A stretch of DNA of 64,000 nt from a virus: the IMG/VR virus record IMGVR_UViG_3300044627_003356; one strand, written 5' to 3'. Positions within the stretch are counted from its first letter, which is position 1. Each line of letters begins with the position of its first letter. The notes below the pieces were generated by a model, which searched no databases, was not told where the DNA came from, and saw only the letters and a program-made list of their open reading frames with translations. The position numbers and the translations under genes were made by a program. This document shows positions 39,245-47,876 of the stretch, in pieces.

Positions 39245-39713
39245 TCAAGGCTTCAGGCAGATATTCTTCCGCTTCATCAGCATTCATGCCAGAATAATCG
39301 TAGCATTCATCCGAACCTTCATACATTCCAGCAAAACCCATACCAGGTTCATGATAGTAGGCCCTAACATCAAAGCCTAATTCTTCCAACTTTGCATATG
39401 CCTCAATTGGAGGACCCCATGGACTATCAAAAGCACCAACTAATACGCCATTCTCATTGATTTCAGAACCATATGGCGAGATATCCCACTTGGTACCCCA
39501 ATTATTCACACACCACGAATACCAGTCAGAAGCACCGTATTTCTCCACCAATGCTTCATTGGTTTCACTTGGTGATGTGGTATCTTTCAATTCAACAGGC
39601 AATGGAATAAATTCATTCAAAAATGTGCCATCAGCAAATGCTTTGGCTGCCCGTTCTACCATTGCTTTATCTTCGTGATAAAGCTCAATATTATTATTAC
39701 ACCAATTTGGCAT
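39183..39713 (-). CDS. Api92/DUF1281-like ferredoxin-fold protein
   Basis: MPNWCNN, WYSWCVNNWGTKWD, FDSPWGPP, YHEPGMGFAG. Confidence 0.7.
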   Translation of the reverse strand: MPNWCNNNIELYHEDKAMVERAAKAFADGTFLNEFIPLPVELKDTTSPSETNEALVEKYGASDWYSWCVNNWGTKWDISPYGSEINENGVLVGAFDSPWGPPIEAYAKLEELGFDVRAYYHEPGMGFAGMYEGSDECYDYSGMNADEAEEYLPEALNEMYGITESMREWEEENEDE

Positions 39714-39808
39714 AGTTTAATACTCCTTAATTACATAATAAATTAAAAAACTTGATGCTACCATATACAACAAAATACATATGTTTATTGCTACTAACAT
39801 AATTCTCC

Positions 39809-39871
39809 CTATTATAAAGGATTCTACCAAAAATGTCAAGAACCCTTTATAATAGCTGACCAAATTGGTCA
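39809..39871 (-). promoter_or_regulatory. Early promoter embedded in an inverted repeat, with upstream palindrome
   Basis: TTGACA-N17-TATAAT inside CTATTATAAAGG/CCTTTATAATAG; TGACCAAATTGGTCA at 39857-39871. Confidence 0.7.
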
Positions 39872-39882
39872 ACTATTGTGGA

Positions 39883-40829
39883 TTAATCACACAGATTAAC
39901 CGAACAACCTAAGCGCAACTGGCGCCTTACTACATCCACACCAAGTATGGTATCGGCATTTGACCATCTTAATGCACCATAACCACTTTGATTGGTGCCA
40001 AGACGACCAGATTTCTCCCATGCTTCACAGATTGCTCTGCATACCGCTGGTGTCAATTCACCATCATATGAAATGTCCACCGAATCTTCCCAAGTATCTT
40101 GGTATGAATGCATGCGATGGGTGCCTTCAATTTGCTTCCTAGTGCTCACTAACAATTTACCACCGAACATACTACGCCTCCAATGTTAATTCTTCAATTT
40201 CAACAGATTCCATTTCAAAATTCATAATCTGCTCTTCTACCGTTTTACTAAAATTTACGGCTTTATCATAATCAGAAAAGGCACGAAGATTTAACCATTC
40301 CCATCCAACAAGGTCAATAAATTGACCAGATTTCACAACATATACATTCATAATAATACTCCAATTAATAATAATACTAAACCAATACTAAACCGAGTTA
40401 ATAACAGTTTATCCAAATAAGTCATTTCAAGCATAATCACTCTTTATAATCGGTATAACACTCAATGGCCGCTCTAACCAATTTAATATCAACACCGAGC
40501 TTTTTAGCGATTTGCTTTTCGGTCATACCATCTTGGTATAACTCTATGATTTCTTCATAGGTTCTTTTCATATAACTCATACTACCTCTTTTTTAATAAT
40601 CTTACTAATAACCACTCATAGAATGGTTACTATAAAACTACGGTGTAATAAATTCTTTAGTTAATACTGATACAATTTTTTCCAATGATACATGGCGCCT
40701 TCTTTCCAATTTCTTTTCATTATACAATGATAACGCTTTATTATAATTGGATATTGATTTAATATCATTACAACCAAACTTAGGTTCGTACCAACTAACC
40801 TCATATCTAACATTTTTAAATGTTTTCAT
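39883..40829 (-). other. Small early hypothetical CDSs (39883-40170, 40638-40829 and shorter ORFs between)
   Basis: Co-oriented short ORFs. Confidence 0.5.
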
Positions 40830-40830
40830 A

Positions 40831-41607
40831 TTATGCCGCCTTATCTAATTTGATAGTGAACGAATAATTTCCAACTGGATATTTCACGAAACCGCTCGTA
40901 TCCTTCTTGGCCTTACCTTTGGCATATAGACCAACCACACAACCTTTAGGATCAAGAAAGCGTAGGTCGCTATCGTCACCATTGAATACGGATAGATTGT
41001 GATTAAAGAATTTCTTAGGCATTGCAGTACCTTTCTTGATACCAAACACCACAGCAATATTCAATCCTTCTTCTACCGCACGCTTACAATCCATATAATT
41101 GCCATCCGCCATAGAAAAGGTCAAATGGTAATTGTCAATGTCAGCAACCTTACGACCAATCACCTTGGTATAGTCATAGAATTGGATATCAGGGAAAGCT
41201 GCAAAGATGTTAGTAAAGACTTCACCATTACGCACAACCTCATACTTTTCCCATGATAAATCAGAGGTGCCATTCAATCTAAACACCGGTACTAAACCTA
41301 ACCGATTAGACTGCTTGATACCTAATTCAATATCTTTAACTAAATCAACCATGAATTCCGAACGGTTATCATAGAATTGCTTAGTCTTACGGATACGAGC
41401 TTGCTGAATAACATTAGTGGACTCACCACGCTTAAACATACCACCACGACCTGCCAGATTAAGGCAAGAAGCAATACAACCAACCGTTGCCTTAGGACAG
41501 GTATTATGTCCAGATAATGAAGCAGGCGCAAGATGCAAAATGTAGGTATTGTAACCTTGTGCCAAACCTTTCAAAATCTTAGGATTGCCAGTAGATAATA
41601 ATTTCAT
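40831..41607 (-). CDS. GP88-like protein with Cys cluster
   Basis: CPKATVGCIASCLN, RLNGTSDLSWE, FYDYTK, YHLTFS, GDDSDLRFLDP, AKGKAKKDTSGFV. Confidence 0.7.
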   Translation of the reverse strand: MKLLSTGNPKILKGLAQGYNTYILHLAPASLSGHNTCPKATVGCIASCLNLAGRGGMFKRGESTNVIQQARIRKTKQFYDNRSEFMVDLVKDIELGIKQSNRLGLVPVFRLNGTSDLSWEKYEVVRNGEVFTNIFAAFPDIQFYDYTKVIGRKVADIDNYHLTFSMADGNYMDCKRAVEEGLNIAVVFGIKKGTAMPKKFFNHNLSVFNGDDSDLRFLDPKGCVVGLYAKGKAKKDTSGFVKYPVGNYSFTIKLDKAA

Positions 41608-41645
41608 AATATAATTTCCTAATCAAATAATTCAATAATACCACC

Positions 41646-41707
41646 ATTATACAGAAAATGGTAGAGTAAATCAATATAAATCCGCAATATGTTGCTACAA
41701 AACAACA
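41646..41707 (-). promoter_or_regulatory. Early promoter with TGTTG-N8-CAACA operator
   Basis: TTGATT-N17-TATAAT; palindrome at 41690-41707. Confidence 0.7.
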
Positions 41708-41740
41708 CACAAAACCTCTTATATAACCAAAAGTAATATA

Positions 41741-41870
41741 GAAAGTGGGATAAAGTGTGAAAAAGTGGGATTATCGTGGATTGTGTCGCTGCATAGAGTA
41801 CCATTGCGGCTCTTAGTCTGTTTCCACGATTCTCCTACTGTTTCCTACCATTTCCTGAGTATCCTAGAGC
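41741..41870. repeat. Two inverted arrays of 10-bp phased repeats
   Basis: gaaagtggga taaagtgtga aaaagtggga ttatcgtgga ... tttccacgat tctcctactg tttcctacca tttcctgagt. Confidence 0.65.
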
Positions 41871-41900
41871 ATATCTAAGCTATTCAGAGAATAATAGAGC

Positions 41901-42110
41901 TTATTCACAGCTCTGTAAGTCTGTATAGATTACCTGTCCACCACTACGCTTTACTATAGCTATCTCATTACAGCGGCGGGTTTCTATTTGATACCATGTA
42001 GGTTTATCTACTGTAATATCCACATTAACTGTAAGCCCTAAATCTGCTTGAAGCATAGCTAATAGTGTTTTTTTATCTGCTAGTGGTAATTCTCTAATAT
42101 TATCTAACAT
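41901..42110 (-). CDS. Hypothetical protein
   Basis: ORF with RBS; N-terminus resembles that of 42169..42444 (IxxLPxAxKxxL). Confidence 0.55.
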   Translation of the reverse strand: MLDNIRELPLADKKTLLAMLQADLGLTVNVDITVDKPTWYQIETRRCNEIAIVKRSGGQVIYTDLQSCE

Positions 42111-42168
42111 AATTTTCCTAATAAATTTACTAATGACACCTCAGCGAAGCATCATTATAAATTCACTA

Positions 42169-42444
42169 TTAAGCGAAAGTGGTAGTGGTAACCTTACCAG
42201 GTTTGCGATTAGCTTTAACTGCTTTAACACCGACAGGATTGCGGAGTGCTTCGAGCTTTGCTTCTAGTTTAGCGATGCGTTCCGCCTTGCGGGCTTCACG
42301 CTCTACACGTTTAGCGGCGCTAGCTAGCTGCTTACTGGTACGGTTGGAGGCGATATCTTCCTTAATCATTTCCTTAATGGATTTGACTAGTGAGCGCTTC
42401 TGAGCAACCGGTAAATTCTGGATGGTGTCAATATATGAAAACAT
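42169..42444 (-). CDS. Basic coiled-coil hypothetical protein
   Basis: First gene after promoter TTGACG-N16-TATAAT (42478-42505). Confidence 0.65.
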   Translation of the reverse strand: MFSYIDTIQNLPVAQKRSLVKSIKEMIKEDIASNRTSKQLASAAKRVEREARKAERIAKLEAKLEALRNPVGVKAVKANRKPGKVTTTTFA

Positions 42445-42862
42445 TTTAAAACCTTTCTTTTCTGAGTTAATGAGATAATTATACAGGTATTCTGGTATCC
42501 GTCAAGCGTTATTTTTGCATGCGGTAAGTGGTTGATCCGGTTATGGATAATACTTGACCGGACTACTGGAGAATTGGTCGGGGTTCACGAGGACGCTCGA
42601 AAACGCTTAGAGGTGGTACGGCTCGGAGGGTTGTGTGGCAGCTTTGGGCGCCGTGTGGGGATTGAGTGGGATACTGTATGGGAGTGGTGATAGAGTCTTA
42701 CGGATACTGCTTCGGAGTGCTTCGGGACTGCTATACAGCGCCTTGCCTGGTCTTGCTTGGAGGGCAGCTATGAAAACGACTATATGGTGTAAGGGCGGGA
42801 GGGCCATAGTATAGTGATAAGCTAAAAAAGCTCCACCAGGTCAAACTCTTTTTCTCGAATTT

Positions 42863-43564
42863 TTATTTTCTGGGGCTTCCACTAGGTTTTCGTTTTTTCT
42901 GGAATTTTTTCCTAGGAGGTTTCTGAGTTTCTTTGAATTCCAGAAAGGTCATCTGTCGTTCACCTTCTGGTACCGTCTTGACATAGGCACGATACCTATC
43001 ATTCAGTTGTATGGTTTTATTGGTCTTATACCATGAGGCCTTACTGGCTTCTCTGGATACTTCATTGTCTGACTTTGCACCAGATCCTTGATAATTTCTA
43101 CCCATGATTCAAATTCTCCATATTTTTTTTCTGGTCCCGTTCCTTGATCCAGACCAATGCTGCATCGAGGTCCATCCACGGAGATTCCTCTTTGGTTGTT
43201 TCGTGATACCATTGATATTCTCTAGTACCGACTGACCACTTATTATTATCGTGGTCCCACCGTGCGGTCTGAGAGTTTCTCTTATTCAGTATCATTGATT
43301 CTCAGATTTTTTTTCGTGGAGCCGGTTGCCAATTTTAGCGAGCTCATCAGCAAGTAATCGGACCTTAATACTTTCTTCGGGGTCCTCTATGGTTCTCGAA
43401 AGTTTATGGAGTTTGATAATAGTACCACTTATATCGGGAGGTCTACAGGTACAGTTTCTCCCTTGGTTACAATAACCAGTACAGGAGTATTCAGACGTAA
43501 AAAAATTTTTCAGGAGGTTCCAGAGATACCAGAAGCGTTCTCTATACAGTTTAACGGGATCCAT
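42863..43564 (-). other. Small hypothetical CDSs (42863-43105, 43098-43295, 43292-43564)
   Basis: Coupled ORFs. Confidence 0.55.
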
Positions 43565-43682
43565 AGATTTGTTTCTCCAGTTCTTGTATTCGTTCCAATA
43601 GTTTCAGAACATCTTGGATTGGTACCCATTTACCAGATACATCAGTTGTTATATTCATATTGTATGAAAGTCCTTTCTTATA

Positions 43683-44156
43683 TTAAACTATTTCCATCCA
43701 TGTGTGGTCACCCATATACTTTACCTGTGTCTGATATTCATAATCTTCAGGTACACCACTAGTCCAATCGTTTGGGCCATTCTGTGTGAGGAGTATGTGT
43801 TGTTTTCTTTTATCCCATACTAACCAATAGATATGTCCCATTACTGGTGAAAACTGGTACACAGCAGCATGAACAGCATCCGTGACATTTAATCTGCGTT
43901 TAATATCGTCAGCCTGTTTTTGTAATACAGAGACCAGTTCCATGATTCTATCGTATTCCTGCTGGGCATACATCCTAGCATGGTTAATCATTAAGTCTTT
44001 TTGTTGAGTTACAGGTACCAGTTCAAATTTAACTGCGCCTGCCTCTGTGGGATATTCTGATATGTTTCTGTTAAGGAAAGGTACCAGAGTTCCACCTATC
44101 TCGGCATCGAAACTGTGTCGGCCTTTGGCAGTATTCGATTTCTTATTTTCTTCCAT
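43683..44156 (-). CDS. DUF2452-like protein
   Basis: YPTEAGAVKF, AQQEYDRIME, QVKYMGDHTW. Confidence 0.65.
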   Translation of the reverse strand: MEENKKSNTAKGRHSFDAEIGGTLVPFLNRNISEYPTEAGAVKFELVPVTQQKDLMINHARMYAQQEYDRIMELVSVLQKQADDIKRRLNVTDAVHAAVYQFSPVMGHIYWLVWDKRKQHILLTQNGPNDWTSGVPEDYEYQTQVKYMGDHTWMEIV

Positions 44157-44619
44157 GCTTCATATGGATATCTCTGGTCGGTCAAAGACGAAGCAAATAC
44201 CACAAAGAGTGAATAATCGGAATCCTTTGGGAGTGATTTCGTTATAGTACCAGAATTTTGGTTTGAACCAGAGTGATGTATCGGTCCAATATTGGAATAT
44301 GTGTAGTAGTTTCATTTAGTGTGGCTCAGCGGCTTCTGAGAATGGTTATTGGAACCTTTCGGAAGCGCTGGCCCGGATGCGGCGGAAACGCAGAGGAATA
44401 CGAGAGGTACTAGGAGTGGTTTCGCCATAATATGGTGATGCGTTTCGCTGGTTTACTTCGTTATATTATACCAGAGGTTTTTGTAAGTTTCAATGAGGTC
44501 CAACCATAGAGCAAGAATGGTTCGGATTGGATGTTCGATAAGGGTGGCAATAGCAATCAGAGTTGCTGGTACTGCCACAAGTACGGTGATGAGTATTCCA
44601 AATATACCAAAAAATGTAA

Positions 44620-44928
44620 TCATGTTCTTAAAAAGTCAATAATGCCTTGTGCTGTGTTAGAGTGGCGAGTTTTAAAGGAACGGTATTCTTCTAGTTCTTT
44701 TTCTAGTTCAAGGATCCGTTTGCGGAGTAAAGAGTTCTGTTCTTCTGCGCTGGGTAAATCTAGTTTCAGTTGAGTATTCGGTATGACACCTTCGTAACCA
44801 GGATGATACGGTGCTTCGTCTACAATCTTTTGTGCTGATTGCCTATCTTCACTGGTGAAAGTGGTCATGTCTATCTCCTTAAAGTTTCCACACCCATTGG
44901 TAACCAGTATATATTCTTTCTTTGCCAA
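44620..44928 (-). CDS. Hypothetical protein (start probably MTTFTSEDR)
   Basis: ORF track. Confidence 0.55.
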   Translation of the reverse strand: MAKKEYILVTNGCGNFKEIDMTTFTSEDRQSAQKIVDEAPYHPGYEGVIPNTQLKLDLPSAEEQNSLLRKRILELEKELEEYRSFKTRHSNTAQGIIDFLRT

Positions 44929-45457
44929 TCAAATCCATAAATTCTTTTACATAACCACCTTTACCAACGGTGTCAAAGTTATCATCAACACAAATCATGG
45001 TGCCTTCTCTGAGGCATGGCATAATAGCGGTCAGTTCAAAGATGTGGTGTAATGAGGATGGATGTGGATTGTCCATATCAAAGTCAAACGAATCCAAATA
45101 CAGTAAATCAATCTTACGATTCTGTGCTACCCATATTTTAGAATGATTGTATAAAAACTTTACAGAATCGGAACAAGTCAGATTGGCTTTCTTGGCCGTA
45201 GCGGCTGCAAATCGAACATTCTCAGAATTAATATCTACCGAATAGAATTCACCACCATGATAATCAACAAAGGTATCAAAGATGGTGGTAGACATACCAT
45301 CACCTTCAAAATTGTTTTCTTGTCGAGCACAACCAGTTTCTACAATCAGTGGTTCATGGATTGGCATGACATGATTGAGCATCAAAGCAAAAGACGGCGC
45401 CCGTTTAGTTGTTTTGTTAACGAGGTCCGTCAGGTGTTGTATTTGTTCTTCGGTCAT
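44879..45457 (-). CDS. Class I SAM-dependent methyltransferase
   Basis: IVETGC, SVDIN, SDSV, IDLLYLDS, ICVDDN. Confidence 0.8.
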   Translation of the reverse strand: MTEEQIQHLTDLVNKTTKRAPSFALMLNHVMPIHEPLIVETGCARQENNFEGDGMSTTIFDTFVDYHGGEFYSVDINSENVRFAAATAKKANLTCSDSVKFLYNHSKIWVAQNRKIDLLYLDSFDFDMDNPHPSSLHHIFELTAIMPCLREGTMICVDDNFDTVGKGGYVKEFMDLIGKERIYTGYQWVWKL

Positions 45458-45512
45458 AATGTATAGGTGTGAAAGGTGTATGCTACCAAGATAATAGAAA
45501 TAATAACTAGTA

Positions 45513-46767
45513 TTACTGTGAGCGTTGTTTCCATAATTCCTCGCAAATTGATTTTTTGTCAGCTAACGATAAACAATCTTCCATAAACTCTTTTTGTTCT
45601 TTACTTATCTGTGTCACAACAGGTTGCACAGGTTCAGGTTTTACTTCTACTTTTGGTGGTGGCGTTTCATCAATCACCACAGGCGGTGCAGTTTTGGCAA
45701 TTACACTTAGAGGTTCAGGTGTGCCTTCTGACCGTGAGAATACAAAGATAATCACAAGCGCAAAGAAACCTGCCAACAAAAATTTCCAATACATTACACA
45801 GATAATACCAATACCAATGGCAATTATCGAAAAGATGATAATTGTTTCTAGTCGACCTTGTGTGATGCCTAAGGTCGATAGAATTGTATTATAGTCCATG
45901 ATTAAGATTTTTTACGTTTAGGGTCACAATGAACATTAATTGGTACTAATACTTTACCATGAGGAGTAGTTTGTGTAACATACTCAACATAAGGTTTCAT
46001 ATCAGCATCTTCACATTCACCGACACCACGAATTACATCACGGCGTTCCATCTTTTCTACCTTTTCTGCACCAGCCACAGTCGGTGGGTTTGATGCACAA
46101 GCCGGTAGTAATAACAACGGTAATAACATAATAAGATACTTCTTCACTTTAAATCTCCATTAATAAACATAATTAAAATATTATACTACAGGTGAATATA
46201 ATTAGCAACCAGTCCATCTAATTGTACCATATTCTTTTCGTATAACATTACCACGAGGAAAGTTTTTAGCTGGTGCTTTCCAACTTGCCGCTTTCCATAT
46301 ATCACCAGTATTCAAGTCGATGAATGAATGGCAACTTCTTTGTTTCAAGGACGAACCACTATCGTACCAATGAAAGATTCTGACATACTTATTACCAGCT
46401 TCAAAGCCAGTAGTAAAACCTAAATCATTTTTGTATTCACACCTATTACTATAAAATTGATAGTTGCTCTCAATGTATCTTTGGTATTCTTCAATATGTG
46501 GAAGAAGTTTTAAAAGTTTTTCACCTGATTTCGTCATAATTAATCCTCAAATTGCCAACCTTCTGATTCTAACTGAGCACGACCAGCTGGCGTGGCTTTC
46601 ATTTTATCCATGTGGTCATGTAATGAATTTATTTCGTGTTTCAACCATTCAAGATTATACCATTGTTCGGTTGTATGATAACGAGGACGGAAATTAAAAA
46701 TTGCTTTGTGGAAATCGGAATAATATCCTTGTAATTCTGCCACACTCATGTTATCAAATTCACTCAC
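45513..46767 (-). other. Small hypothetical CDSs incl. membrane protein 45513-45899, lipoprotein 45902-46147, 46202-46537, 46540-46767
   Basis: TM segments; LPAC lipobox; promoter 46794-46821 upstream. Confidence 0.65.
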
Positions 46768-46793
46768 TCAATTCATCTCCATAATTTAATACC

Positions 46794-46845
46794 ATTATAA
46801 CACAACCAAGGATGGTGTCAACCAAGGTGTTGTTTTTTAGCAACA
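46794..46845 (-). promoter_or_regulatory. Early promoter with TGTTG-N8-CAACA operator
   Basis: TTGACA-N16-TATAAT; TGTTGTTTTTTAGCAACA at 46828-46845. Confidence 0.75.
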
Positions 46846-46945
46846 CTACTTACCACCTAGTGCCTGTATCAATTCGGTAATCAATTTTCTGGCCATAGAA
46901 TCTGCCGTTGTCCAACACCTAATTCTTTTCAAATTGGTAACTAAA

Positions 46946-47242
46946 TCATTCTGTGTCATAAATGCTTGACCAAATCTTTAGTTTTTCTTTTTTGTAATGT
47001 CTTGCTGCATTGATGGCGGTATCTGATAATACACATTGTTCTGTCAAAATGTCAATCATCGCCAATACTTGGCCAACTTCCATTTGCAGTTCTTCTAATG
47101 TAGTTCCTGATTCTTCGGTTGGCCACCTAGATTCTGTACCAAAACGAAATACTTTAGATGCAGCTTGGATTACTTCAGCACATTCTTCTTGTAATATTAA
47201 TAGTGCCTCTTTTTGTTTCTCATTCATTATTATCTTCTTCAA
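46946..47242 (-). CDS. MazG-like nucleotide pyrophosphohydrolase
   Basis: ILQEECAEVIQAASKVFRFG...EVGQVLAMI. Confidence 0.7.
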   Translation of the reverse strand: MKKIIMNEKQKEALLILQEECAEVIQAASKVFRFGTESRWPTEESGTTLEELQMEVGQVLAMIDILTEQCVLSDTAINAARHYKKEKLKIWSSIYDTE

Positions 47243-47876
47243 TAAACTTAATCACAGGCATATATTCTTCCACTTTTTTAAGTGCTTCCAATTTCGTGGC
47301 AGCAATTACTTTGCAAGTATATAAACCATCTTTCATACTAATCGTAAATGGAACAACTCCATTTATAAACCATTCTTCTTTCACATAACACTTGATGTGC
47401 CATTCTCTGGCATTAAGGCATCGTTTAATCATTTCATCAGCGATCCTTTTAGGATCAAAATCATCCGCTTCAATAATATTAGACATTTTCGTTCAATAAT
47501 TGTTGGTTACGACCTTCGTTTAAAAATACTTCAACCATATGTTTAGCATCAACTAATGTTTCTAATACATTCATCTTTCTATACAAACGGTCACCAATAT
47601 ACAACTCAACAACATAACAATGGTCATTATGAAAAATGTTGGCCTTTCTGTCAGGCCCATATTGTGTATGTAATAATTTCATTCATTTTCTCCAAAAGCA
47701 TATTTCATAGCATCCGCTTCTGCTTCTTCTTCGGTGTTATAAAATTCGGTTTTAAATAAATCGGACTCTTTAAAAAAATCCACAATATATGGTGCCATAA
47801 TACACGATGCCACAAATAATATGTCGGCATGGCGGTGTCCTTGGGCACCAAAAAAGGATACTAATTGTTCTATCAT
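47220..47876 (-). other. Three small hypothetical CDSs (47220-47486, 47479-47682, 47679-47876)
   Basis: Coupled ORFs. Confidence 0.6.

Noticed and set aside
42607-42807. 66-aa minus-strand ORF in the GC-rich island
   Set aside because: Composition unlike the phage genes and no clear RBS; likely a by-product of high GC
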